64,000 nucleotides of DNA from Raillietiella orientalis (taxonomy: Eukaryota), in the NCBI GenBank assembly GCA_036172245.1, contig JAYWIR010000007.1:2294001-2358000 (forward strand), read 5' to 3'. This document shows, in pieces, positions 26,367 to 39,380 of this stretch (its first letter is position 1; each line of letters begins with the position of its first letter). Below the pieces are notes generated by a model. That model worked only from the letters and a program-made list of their open reading frames with translations, had not been told where the DNA came from and made no database searches. A program made the position numbers and the translations under genes.

Positions 26367-26581
26367 GCATGTAAAGAAAATGAAACATTCAAAAAGAAAA
26401 TAAACATGTTTGAGGTTATATTTCTTTTGCGACGTAACTCATTAATATAATGAGCAGTAACTCATTAGGGAATACTGAAATTGCTTATCTCACAGTTCAT
26501 AACTTTCAGGAGAAAACTTATTTCTTTTTATGTATGCTTATGGCATTATGCGATCACTGCCACATTTTAGAGCTGCAGGCC

Positions 26582-26910
26582 TTAGTTTACTGTTTCTCTC
26601 TTCACTTTCTCATTTTCAAGCAGTTTCAAAACCTCTTCTGGAATTTTACCTTCATCCAGTGCTTTTGCCCATAGACGATACTATTAAATAAACATTCATT
26701 ATGAACTGTTGAGAGCACACATGTCATGCAGTTAAAGTAAAACATCCGAGTATGGATAATAATAAAGCATACCTGTTCTAATTCTTTGCGTAGAGTTATC
26801 ACGGCTCTTTCTCTGCCCGTTACCAGTTCCTCGAGGTATTGGTAACGTAACTTTTTTCGAGCTCTGCATTCCCTCGCACTCTGTCTACTTCTTTCTAATC
26901 TAGTCTGCAT
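26582..26910 (-). CDS. CREBL2: CREBL2/REPTOR-BP small bZIP protein (about 78 aa)
   Basis: Exons 26910-26773 and 26680-26582 give MQTRLERSRQSARECRARKKLRYQYLEELV..RERAV..LRKELEQYRLWAKALDEGKIPEE, near-diagnostic for CREBL2. Confidence 0.92.
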
Positions 26911-29900
26911 GTTTTACCTGATTTCACAGCACAAATGCAACACCTAGTTTCAAGGTCACGGGAGACAATCCAAAATTGATCGCAATTCAAGAATGTGAAT
27001 GAAATGCACCCATTTTAGGCTCTACTGCTGCTCTCAACTTCGCAAAGCTGCGTTCTGATATTGAACTCAGGAGTACCAGCAGAACAAATAACGGTTTATA
27101 AGGGGTGTTAATAAGCTGGTTAATAAAATTCCGTTTATTATATGGTCCATGATCTCATAGGACATAGATCGCACTATCTAATTTATCACTACAGAATGAG
27201 ATTAAAAAATTGTGAACAGTCAACAAACAAAGCATGGAAAATATTGGAAAAGCGTATGAAGGAAAATCAAAGCTTTTAATACAACAAAGGGGGCATTCAT
27301 AGATAATAAGGTCTGTGATGAAAATTGACGAAATTCTGAATTTTGGAAAAGATTTTGCAGGAAGAATGCTGATAGATATTATTCAACAATTACGTCATAA
27401 GTACCACTGCACTAAAAGAAAGTAAAATACGCATTTTTTTTCTTCTAATGATATCAGTAGTATTGTCATGGAACTTATTGAAGAAGATATCTGAATTTTC
27501 AAGAAAGAACACGTTTCCATTTTATTATATATTGGGCTGAAGAGAGATCAACATTTACTTCCATTTGAGACTACGCTTGATGTTCCACCCATATTTTTAA
27601 GTCAGAAGTCATCCATATTCTTCAGTCGTCACACAAACGCCCCCAGGAGACAGTCGACTCGATCACATTTACCCCCATCTGCAACAATTCTGAATCCTCC
27701 GCATATTTGGATGGATAAGGGTCGGCCTGTTTCTTACTGAATCCTGACTATTCCCGGTGTCTTTATAAAATTTTCCCGATGGCTCCCTCGCCGAGTTTTT
27801 ACATCAGAACGAACCATTGGACTGCGTGCCAAATGAGCGAAAACCTCTTTCTTTTTCTCTTTTGGTTACACATCCATATTCCCAAAGCGGTCGAGTAAGA
27901 AGATCTGCTTTGCTGCTTCAATATTGTATGTGACTTTCTCGCTTCTTTTTCGTTGCAGCCCACACTTTTTGAAGGAGTACCAAATCGGGCACAATCTCAG
28001 TACATCTCGCGTCACACGAAACTGCAGGGAAACGTGCGATTCGAAAGAAATTTACTGTCCTGAGCTCCCTGGTCGCCATGGAAGTTGGGTACTTCACCAG
28101 GACTTTGACCACATGTACTGGTTTGCAAGCAGCATGTTTATTGTGAAGCTTTTTGTCACTCTCCTCCCCTAGATCAGCTACTGCGACCATCCGGATTTAC
28201 AACTTGTCACTCTGATCGACCATCCTTCCGGTCTGGAAGATTGTGGATAAGCAGGTTCAAGGTATAAGTGATGATGGGAGCGAATTGCGCATGTCTTCTT
28301 GTTTTTCTCCGCCACCTTCATCTGATGCGATCACTTTTAGTTTAGCTCATCTTTCATTGAAGATCAGAGTGTTGGCTGTCTCAATTTAAGCAATTTTCAT
28401 CTGAATTAGAGACAGAATGGCACGAGTATCTTCCATATTATTCCCATGTTAGATGCCTCAGTAAATGCAAAATGTTAAGGTGCCTTTGGGAATTCGTGGC
28501 TGTCTGTGAACTGAAAGCCAATCTCTTTCGTTGGGGGTAAAGCACGATTGGTTTGTGATCCTGCATTTCTTGCAGATACTGTTGCCTATTTATGAATCAG
28601 GATATCAAACTTCAGGGTTCTATAATCAACCCACTCTACTGCGATGCCAACACTACTTAAACAAAGCTTGAATTGTGGGAACACAGCCCCCTAGCAATAA
28701 CTCAATAAGCCTTTGCCCACTCTGCAGTCAGTAATTCCATCTACTGTGAAATATGGGAAGGATTGTCGAAGGCTTGGAAAAGAATCTTCTTACGAAATAT
28801 TTGGAATACTTAATGCAGCTCTGTTGGAACTGCTATGCTTTCTACTTCCCTCTCCATGCAACCAGGGGTGGCTCCTGCCGATTTTCATATCTATGTAGTT
28901 GCTCCGTAGGGTGGCGCTTCACCCAGGGGCAAAATTCAGCTCGGTCCTCCCATGAGGATTTTCTAAAGTGCTTTCTGGAAGAAATGATATCCGTGCAAAA
29001 CGACATGCTTTGAAAATATGAACTCTGGGATTGCATTTCGGTGCGGACACTTTTTTGCCAAAAACCGTGATCGCAAAAAGTAAAAACGGATGTAGACCTA
29101 CAGATGAAAATTTGCAGGACCCTTCCCGCCTCCTGGCATAAATAAGTTTGCGCAAGAGACACAAATACAGAAATCCCATGAAAATAAAACTTCACATTAA
29201 AAATCGACTTTATTGGCATATACATTACAGGGAAGTTGCTAAATGCCGTAAATACGTTCATACTAAATTTGGACTGTTTTTCTATTGTTTTATTAAACAT
29301 TTTTGCAACTATAGAAAAATGGTGAATTTTCTGCAGATAGACATGCGTGATGTATTGAACCTACTTATGGAAAACAAAGTGTCAACTACAAAATCTGATG
29401 GATCTGAAGTTTTAAACCAAATGGGAATTCATTAATTACTAAGGTTTCCTTCATGCTTTTTCTCTTTGCTTCGCCTCTATAATCCGTTTGCTTTATGTTT
29501 CATGAGTGTAAATGTTGTTTAATAGCTGTAAGAATTTATTCTGCAGTCACTTTTGCTCGTTTTCCTTCAAGACAAACTTCCAATGTACTCGCAACTCGAG
29601 AAAACTTTAGCATCTGAGAGTTTGACCGGTCAATTTAGATAGCATTCTTAAAAACTTGGAAAAAAAATTCTAATGTTAAGAAGTTAAATATCTGAATTTA
29701 AGCGTTTGGTATTCATCGTCCATAAAATTGGCAATTGCAGCACATTTCCTGAACTGCAATGTGGCGTGTTGTGACAAAAGTGCCCCCGTGGCCACGTCGA
29801 ATTCTTTGCTTCTTAATATCCTTAGGAAATTCTGAAACGAAACTTAAAAGAATAATTTCTGTTGGTGTTTCCCTCATTTTCTTTTCCTATAGCGCATGTG

Positions 29901-32900
29901 GATGCGCTCTTTCGGCGATTCAAAGCCCACTGCTTTCATGCAGACTAAGAAAGTGTTCCCTGGCTTTTCCGGATCGAAAGGCTCCCAAATTCACCATTCG
30001 GATTTGAAGTTTGCCGATTTCATCACTCTGTGAACCGAACGATTCTTCTTCGAGGTTTCGAGTTCGATGGATTCATCTAGATGGATGCTTCAGCTGATAG
30101 GGGAATTCTGTTTCCCGGTGATTCTCTGGACTACGGCAGGTCAAAGTACTCGACTTTACAAACTTGAACAGCGGATGTAATATGGTTCACTGTGGCTCGT
30201 CTTTTACGAAGTCTTCCCTGCCGACGACTTGACTTTTGTTCCAAATTCACTTTTCAATTTCGCCGTTCTCTATGCGGCTTAGTGATGATGAGGTCGAAAA
30301 CATCAAGACACTCTGTTGCTGCAGAAGCCAAGCCAACCGAAGGGGCATGCCTTTTCTAGACTTCAGAAAGCTCCCGCCTCGGCATTCGCTCCCGTTTCCG
30401 TTTTCTGATTCCAGACCTGACGTGGAAACGAGCACCCTTGCTCATCTTGGCCGGCCGTCGACTACTGATTGGGAGATTCGAAGTGCTTGAGAAGCAACGC
30501 CCTAGCTCCACAACGATTGTGTTGATGTAAAAATTGAGCAAGGTTCGCAAGCGTCTTGCACCTCCTCTGGATCACCATCCTTTCGTGAATGCCGCTTCTT
30601 CCGCGGAACGAGTTCTTGAGCTCGTCCAGCCGACAGTGGTCTGTGCAAAAACCTGATCACAGCATCATTAGGTTCCAGGTGGAAGCGTTTCGTTTCAGCC
30701 ACCAGCGTGGGATTCACTCCGTGTTAAGAAAACTAGAGCATGACGTCACAAGAACTCGGCACGAGGTCGCGAATGGATAGGTTTGACCATGCCGGTTCAC
30801 ACGGTCTTTTCTGTGATTCGAAGCTCAAAGCTCAAACCTTGCTCACGGGCAGTATCCCGCCGCTGAACTTCAGGGAGGCGCGATTATTGCTAGTTGAAAA
30901 CTATACCCCAGATCCGTCTGCTCTCGGGTCTCCAGATGGCTTTGTAGAGACGAAGGAAGGTTTCAGGCAGATTTTTGGAGTGGCCGGCTTTTCAGTGTTT
31001 CAAAGGGGCAGCGTTCCGAATGATGACCTAAACTTGGGACCCGGGTTCCCTCCCCAGGATTTCCAGAGCGCTTGTCAAGAGCCCCGGGTAGATTTATCGA
31101 GGGAGCTGACTCTTCGCACAGGAGAAGATGGATCCCGGGTTCGGCGACTTTCCAAGGACGGCCGTCGGTTGCAAGAGCGGATCGCAGAGGTTCTGGACGC
31201 CTCAGAGGATCTCCGGGATCACTAAGATTTCGTTTTTGCATTTCGATTTCCCCCTTTCGCACCACCTGACTTGGATCTCCAGGAAACGGGATGACCGACA
31301 GAGGACAAACGGACAGGGACTCCTTCCCATCAGCCGGTTGCTTGCTGACGGAGTGGTACTCCTTCCCTTTTCTCCCCTTCCCTCTGATTTGTGCACCCTG
31401 TGTGGTCTGGACCCTTTCGTGCAGAGTCTACCACGAACGGACGGCGAAAGGACTCCCTTTCCGGAGGACGAAGGACAGCGCCTCCGTCCTCCGAAAGGTC
31501 CTCCCCTCCTAGGACCTACCCTGTCGCGAATTCCATTCGTTTCTTTGAAATAGGTGGAGATGGTCCGGCAAGTTCCGGTTGAGGACGTTTTCTTTTGGGT
31601 TGTCTTTCTCCTGCCAGTCTCGAGGGCTTTCCTTCCCGTTGTAACGAAACGGTTTGCGGTCCGCACTCATAGCTGAGTTCCAAAGAGGGAAGACCTCATG
31701 TTCTGTGATCCCCCGCAGCCCACCCTGTGGTCATTTCGTCTGAACGTGATGCCAGCCATCGCGTCCCTCACCACCGTGTGGGCTTCGCGGCACCATGTGT
31801 GGTGCTGACGGGCTGCTGACCTTCGAGACTTGGGCATGCAGCACGCAGCCAGCTCCATGGACCACACCGAAGGACGTGGTCCAAGAAATGCTGACTTGTT
31901 TCCAGTTAACCCCTGATGACTTAACTCTTATTATTCAGGATTACAAGGAGGGATCTGCTTTCCACAAATCACCCATCTATCTACGTGTCCAGCTTCATTC
32001 TTGTTGACGAAGCACTGCGTTGGCTGTTCAGTGGGAGGAAGGAGGTAGGATGGGGTATCTTAGTGAGGAGAGGGCTTTGTCGAGCTAGTTCACCTCTGAG
32101 ATTTGAGCCTGCAGCCCTCTGCCCGGCACCGGACGTTTCGCCATGGGACCAACGATGCTCGCTCGAGTCTAGTCGTTGAGAGGTCCTCAAGGTTGGCCTT
32201 GACCTTCTTGTGGAGACCCAACTATGTAGATCTGCATCCCGCCCTTCAGAGAGAGTCCTAGCCGGTAGATCCGGTAAATGTCCCTGCAATTGGAAGACAT
32301 CGGTTGCAGGGGGCACTGGAAGGGAGCTGGGAATTGGTTTCCAGTTTCATTTTTGGAGCGGACTCTCGCCTCCTTTCTGTTGTGGTCCACTCAAAAGGGA
32401 AGGCATAATCATCGTCCTGGATGCGATCTGTTTCTTTAAGAGCACCCCAGATATGTTCAGTACTTCTCGAGAAAGGAAAGACCAAATACAAAGACCTCGC
32501 TGCCTCCCTGCTGACATCGTTGTTCAGGGGACTGTCGGAACCCTAAAAGCACCAATGTTCCCAAATAAAGTGAAGAGTTGATAGAGGACCGGATCCTTAT
32601 GGTTACCTCCAACATGGAGGCGATGCCTACTGGACCAATTAATTGGGACATATTCCCGATGGAAAAGAAGCTCTGAATGTGGACATCCAGGAATAAGTGA
32701 TACCTAACGATGAGGATGTGGAACGAGGATCCCTGGGAACGATCCATAACTCCATATGAACACAAAAAAGGAGAGAACGACTTGAAGATTAAGACGGTGA
32801 AGGTCGTGAAGATAATAAACCCCTTTTTATTCTATGCAATGCCTGTGTTTACTCGTAACTTTTTCAGAACGTCGTCGTTCTTGGGATTTCAGGATTCCGA

Positions 32901-35900
32901 TGATCTCATGATGGAGGAGCGACCTCGGGGGTTCCTAAGAATAAGCGGGTAAGTGAGATATCCTCATCATCTTGAGGTCGGAGCCTTCATGGCGCAGCGG
33001 CCGAAATCGCATCGCAAGTAAGTCTCCTGGAGTGGCTTTGAAACAACTTTCTTCGTGACTCGCGTCGAATCCTCTTCCGACTGCTCTTGATGCACTGTTG
33101 CCAACGTTGTTCTTATCTAGGATACTTAACTCTCATTCTCAGTGAGCAGCTTACTAAGGCGCATTCTGTTGTTGCAGATTTGGTTCGGCTCCTTCATCCT
33201 ACTGTCCAGACAACTTGTCTCCTGTATGTTGAGCCTGTGCCGTATACCATTTTGCGTGCAATCTGGACTGCTTGCTCCGGAGAGATCTCATGGAATTTAA
33301 GGGTTTGGGCAACCGCCATCAATGTCGGGACCTCTCCTGGAGAAGTGATTTACCTATTTGATGGGAGCAGGAGGACTCGATCCCAAAAGCAGACGGAAGC
33401 TTCTGGTCAGATGTTCTCTGAGTCACCCGGACAAAGGCTCCACGCATTAGAGAAGATGCCTGTGCCGCTGGATGGATCTTTGGGGACCCTCTTTAAGGAC
33501 TTTGTGTTTCGCTCTTTGAGTTGGGACGGCTTCACGTTCTCTCCATTTCCAGTAGGTGTGCTGTTCTTCCCGCACTGGACCATCCACTGCAACGAGCATC
33601 GACAGTGCGTGGAGAGGATGAGTGCCTCTGCGAACGATGCGGGGTGCTAAGACGTTCCTTCTATCTGCTGCTTGTCCGCATTAGGATTCGACTGGGGGTT
33701 GGGTGGTGTGAAAGGACCTCACGGCGACCCCATGCTGCTCGAACGGCTCTCCCTTAAGTCTTCTGCGATGGTCCTCCGCCAAATTGGGACTCTCGGACCA
33801 GGTGTTCCGGCTGCAACGTTAGCTGCACGCTGCTCCCGCTGATGAGTAGGTGAGGACACCTTGAGCGGGTTGAGGAAGCAGCGGCGGCCCATATCCCGTT
33901 AATACTCCATCTCCCTTTCCTTCCCCAAATGCTTTTTTTTCTTATTTTTCCTTTTTTTTTTTTTAATCTACTGCTTCCTGCAAACTTCGCTGCGAGCTGG
34001 ACCTCAGCCGACCCTCGAGTGGGCGCTTCCCTTCCTGAAAAAGAGCTGAATTCAATAGGGACATGGTCCCTACTTTCAACGTTCGTTTCCTTCTTTTTCT
34101 TGTCCCTTGCCAGGTAGTTCCGACCTGACCAGGTGCCACGTAAAATATCGTGGGGTTTCCTGGCGATTGCTTGCGTCCAATGGATGGGTCCCAGGCTGCA
34201 AGGAAGCTGCCGAAGCCTCAGCAGCCAGCTGCTCCCAGTTTTGGGAATGCAGCTCAGTCCACCCTATTGATCCGAGACGGAGACGAGTTTGCTCTTGAGC
34301 GCGCGCGCGCACTGATCCGGGTTTCGGGGGCGTCGGCGGTTTCCTAGTTGAACGCGCAGGTCGGGTTCGGCCGCTCGAACCTGCCGAGCTCATGTTCGGG
34401 AACAGAACTGCACGCACACAGAGCTTTTGCTGTGGGGAGTTCCGGACTGTCACTGGAAAGCTTCCTTCTCCAAGGTCAAGAAGGCTTCTCCGAGTGCGAA
34501 AGATAGCGCCTGCAGAATTCGCTTCCTTCACTTTCGAGGGAGATCCCCGTCTGCTCTCCCTGGACTTCGATCGAGCTGGTTCCGAGCGCTGCTTTGCAGC
34601 TGCAACTGCCTGCACGGAGTCCCATGCCTGGTGCAGGGGGCGTTTCCGATTCCGGGATCGGCAGCCGACAATCCCGGACGGATCGAACGGTTTCCTGTCC
34701 GAACCACGTGAGCGCCCAGTCGAGCCGAACGGACGTTCCTTGCGCACGTGTCGTCCCGTGTGGAACGGCGAGCGCTGCCGCCATCGCCGCCATCCCCTCC
34801 GCAGTGCCTCCTGTTCACCGTTTCGCACGGAATGAAGCGGGACGGCTTGGAGCGTGGCGAAAGCTTCGGGTGGAATAAAAAGAGAAAGGAGAGGATCAAC
34901 TACGCTTCGCACCGTGATCACTATTGGATGCGACGGTGGTCCGTCTCTTCGCCGATGGATGAAGCAGAGCGCGGAAGGGATAAACTCCCGGAACTCGACG
35001 GGACTCGTCCCAGGAACTCGACGGGACGAGCCATTCGAGCGCTTCTTCCCCACCCACCCCCAAAGATAGCGTCCGCGGCTGAGATGTGCCTCGGAGGCAA
35101 GAAGAACTTGCATCCTCTTCTTCCCACGGAGGATTCCACCGGCCTGCGGACTGTCACACGGCGCCTCCACTTTCCATTGGGCAGCGCTTGATTGGTGGTC
35201 TTATGGGCTTTCTAATGTTGCACGCCCACATGCTTGTTTCAAGAAAAAAGCAGTGCCATCGTGGTCCGTCATCTATTCTTGCGTGGATTCCGGGAACTGT
35301 CAAGTGGATTCGCCTCCAGAGCTCCGTTATGCATTAAGGTGCGCGCTCGCTAAGTCTAAGTGGACGAAAGGAGTGGGGACTTGGATGGAAACGGATGGCA
35401 CGGATGGGCAAAGGAAGATGTTTTCCAAAGCTCCCTCACAGCAGAGAGAAGCTGAGAAAAACCAGCGAACGACTTCATTCAACCTCCTGTGACGGAAAGA
35501 ATGTTGAGAATACCTAAGGATCTAGCAGCCTCCTGCTCTCATCCTCACGTGGGCAGCTGTCTCACAGGGAGTCGTTCCTTCAAGTTGCAATTGAGCCCAA
35601 CAACGATGTCGTTTTCAGTGGTGCTTAAGCACCGACCCAGTGGTAGCTTTGAGAAACACTGACCTGGGCAAGGACAGAGTAGGATTCATAGAGTCCTCGA
35701 AATTCGCTTCAAAGTCCTATCTTCTCCAGAGACTTTCTCTACCTGGTACTAATGGGAACTATTTAGATTGAAAATTCATGAAAAAATAAAAAAGGGGAAA
35801 CACGGATTCTTTGCTGGAGAATAAGGGAGCATTGCAATTTTCCTGAACGTGGATAAGTCAAATGAGCCGCTCTCCAGCACGTGATTCACACAATGGATGG

Positions 35901-36484
35901 ATGAACGGCTCAAAGCTTTGGCGCAGCATATCGAGCCAAGTACTGCAGCCAGGGATGCTGACTGCATTTCATGTCCAGAAAATTCACGGTCTCAGAAAAC
36001 TTTCCTTGTATTCGTTTCCCTTCAGTTCAGATTCCCCTCCCCCTATTTTTGTGGTTCAAGTTAATGGATGGTAAGAGGTCAGATTACAAAAAGATTAGCA
36101 CGTAGGTCACAGACTACATTCTCAGCTAGTGATCTCATAACTAGTGAATTACCGAGGCACCCACTAGATGGAGAAACAAACACTAAGGCCAGCTCAACAT
36201 ACAGAAAACTTGCTTCCTCGGCAGTAAAGATGCAACTCCTTAGTTGCATCTTTATTATATTCGATTCGCCTTGATAAACAAGACCAACAGTCATGCGCAT
36301 GGATCTCCAGATCAGGTAAACCCGTCGGATAAGATCAGATGCCAGCATCTGATAAGATACGTAATAAAACAAGCTGCATCCAGCGATGAAATCTATTTCC
36401 AGTTTACTAAATATTTTCTTAACAACAAACCCTCAAGCAGGATGTTTTTGTTCTTCCAGAAGTATTTCTTTTAAACAGCAGCAA

Positions 36485-37480
36485 TTATAAGCCGCAGACT
36501 ACTTTGTCCAAGGCGGATTCCAAAACTGTTCGCACTGTGGGAAGAATGGAGTTATCGTGTGGTAGCAGTGAGTTTGGATGAAAGACACCACACTGCATGA
36601 TTTCGACAGGAAGCATTGGCCTCTGTCCATTCCCAGTGGGCACTTTTTCCATAATGTTAAGGACATCTTCACCTTCGATGACTTGCCCGAAGGCAGTATA
36701 TTTCTTGTTCATCCAAATACATGGTTTCAAAAGAATGATGAACTGAGAAGTACCGGTGTTTCTTCCATGGTTAACCAAAGACACAATGCCTCTCTTTGAA
36801 TGAGATATATCAAAGCACTCATCTTCTAAGAATTTTCTCGTGTATCCTTCTCCACCATTTCCCTTTCCGTAGTAAATGTCCCCTCCTTGTATCCATTTAT
36901 TCTTCTCAATCCTATGGAAAAACGTGTTCTTGTAACTGAACTTTGTCTTTGCAGATGTCATTCTGTCCGCAACTCCTTTACAAAGACAATAAAAATTATA
37001 GCAAGTTTCAGGCACTACATCATTATATAGTTCAATCAGCAATCTCCCAATCGTCTTCTCGTTTACAGCAATATCCATGTAGACAAGAGGGTAGCCTTTG
37101 TTTTCCATCATTTCCCAATATCCAGTGCGTGCTCTGTTCTCAAACACGACATCTGGGAAGCAAGTGTTATAGAGGAGACGGCTAGACGCCCATTCGAGAA
37201 AACACTTGCCATCTCCCCAAAACGAATCGTTTAGAAATACGTACACTGGAACACATGTTTCCCAGTATTTCCGCACACACGATTTTTGAACGTTTTCCGA
37301 GTAACTGATCCATTCCAGCTCACCGAGAGCTCTGAATTTTGGCACATCAAATAGATTAGGATTCTCTTTATGCAAGACCAAGGCGCACTCCTTGACTTTC
37401 TCATAATATACGCTGAACACAAGACCAGTGATGCCGACTGTTACTTTCGAGTTTTTATCCAGGGGCAGAGACCGTTTCAT
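36485..37480 (-). CDS. PPIL6: Cyclophilin-like PPIL6 (probably catalytically inactive), single exon, about 331 aa
   Basis: Single ORF from ATG 37480. PPIL6-type N-terminal extension plus cyclophilin domain VYMDIAV..IGRLLIELY..VPETCYNF..LC..FHRI..WIQGGDI...SQFII..PCIWMNKKYTAFGQVIEG; W in WIQGG and Y replacing the usual His are PPIL6-like. Confidence 0.85.
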   Translation of the reverse strand: MKRSLPLDKNSKVTVGITGLVFSVYYEKVKECALVLHKENPNLFDVPKFRALGELEWISYSENVQKSCVRKYWETCVPVYVFLNDSFWGDGKCFLEWASSRLLYNTCFPDVVFENRARTGYWEMMENKGYPLVYMDIAVNEKTIGRLLIELYNDVVPETCYNFYCLCKGVADRMTSAKTKFSYKNTFFHRIEKNKWIQGGDIYYGKGNGGEGYTRKFLEDECFDISHSKRGIVSLVNHGRNTGTSQFIILLKPCIWMNKKYTAFGQVIEGEDVLNIMEKVPTGNGQRPMLPVEIMQCGVFHPNSLLPHDNSILPTVRTVLESALDKVVCGL

Positions 37481-39380
37481 CGTGAGAATTTGAAACCATG
37501 ACAATTATAATGAACGGATGACCGCAAGAATAAATGCATTCGATTTCATATTCTTTTTTGTTTTTTTTACATTTCAACATGCATTCCATTTGTGAGCAGT
37601 TACTTTTGCAAAAAACAAAAACACTGTTTACTTATGAAATAAGAATATGTGCTCCGATAAAAGGCAAAGCAGTGGCATATTGGTTCATGAGAATGCGTGA
37701 GAATGCAACAAATTTAGTAGGATTATGTAGCGCAGGGTACCCACTTGTCCAGTTCCAAGCTATCAACTAGAATTTGAAAAGATTCATATGTTAACCAGGA
37801 AGGTTTATGTATTTTTCAAGCCCGTTAAGAAGTCTATTAAGAAGAAGTCTTTCCAAAAAAACTTGCAACGTGACTCGGTTCCAGCGCTTTCAGTCTACAA
37901 AATTTCATTTGCTTTGACCTTTTTGCTCCCAAAGTAAAACCAACTTGTCCCACGATTTGCAACTTCAAGATCAAGGCCTACTGAGCTCCCCTCTGACTTC
38001 AAATAGGGCTGTCCGTTTTCCTCAATTTGATGTTTGCCAATTCCATTTGAAAACGAAGCGATTGGGGATTATGCATTGAAAGTCTGTTATCTGCCATTTA
38101 AGTACAACGTGGAATGGTGCGAACAGATCTGCAAAGGCACGCGTTATAGAATCTTGGCTTTCTATGGTACAGAATCCCTGGTAGTAGAAATGCTTTGAAA
38201 CGATAGATTCGCAAGCCGTTTATAGGGTTTTGGGTGATCACGTAGTGACCGTCGGCCCTCTTAGCTGCGCAGCCATCTTGGGTCCCCGGTCTTCTTAACA
38301 AAGAAGACTGCAGCCAGAAGAGCTTGCCTTACTAAAAGAACGAAACGTGCAAGAAGTCGCTGCTGGCGGAGTTGGGCTCCGTGGAGGCAAAAATTCACGC
38401 CTTTGCACCTCCTGGAAGCCACGCCCCACGCGGCGGTGCGATGCGAGCGGCGCCATTTGCTGCCGCGGGCGGCGGGGACCTCCACGAACCGAGCCCCCGG
38501 AGGGGGATAAAGGGGGGTCGCCCTGCAGCCGCCTCTCTTCGGCTTGCCAATAAAGCTCCAACAATGTCCGTTTCTTTAAACAATGATCCAAGAAGCAGCG
38601 GTCTGTTCCTGAAGACGGTGAATTGTTGCCAAGCGCGTCCGGAGGCGCAGTAGCCGAAGAGTTTGCTCGGAGGTAGCCGGTCGGGTGCGTTCCGTGCTTC
38701 CTGCTCTTGCAGTTCCCCCTGCGCACGTGTGAGGTTCATTCGAGAGGTTGTGGCAACCTCGGAAGTGTTCCCTCGACGTCCAGCCGGCGGCTCGGTCGTG
38801 ATCGGTGGAACGCTCCTTCCCCGGCATTTGTTTTACGCGCCGTTCGGCCACACGTGGCAGCAATTCCCTCCCCTCGTTGAGAGTGCGTCGCGTGATCGGC
38901 GAGCAAGGTGAGTCCAGCTGCGTACGTGCGGATGGCACGGCGTGCATTCCGGGTTAAGTGCTTTTAGGGTGGTGTTAATAGAAAAAGTCGGCATCTCATG
39001 CGTCGTGCTGGGCTGACAAAACGCACACCGTTTTGGCCGCTCTCCCGCATAGGCAGATGTGGCTTTCAAAACATGCTCCCGGCGCCCATTTGATTTTAGC
39101 GTAGCGTAACAGGTGCATCTCTGTTGTGAAAAGTATTCGGCCCACCCATCTCATACCGCAGCACAGTGGCTTCATCGGCAAAAATGTAACATCGATTGCA
39201 AGGTGTTTGGGCCTGCAAATCGTTGCCTTACTAAATTTTACATGAAGGAACTTGGCTTGCCATTGGTTTCAGTGTAATCATAATGCATGATGAAATGCCA
39301 GTTGGTTGGTGGCACTTGCTATGAATAAAGCAACTTTTATTCCATTTGCCTCCAAATGTTTTGTTTTCAGGTGGCGTGCT

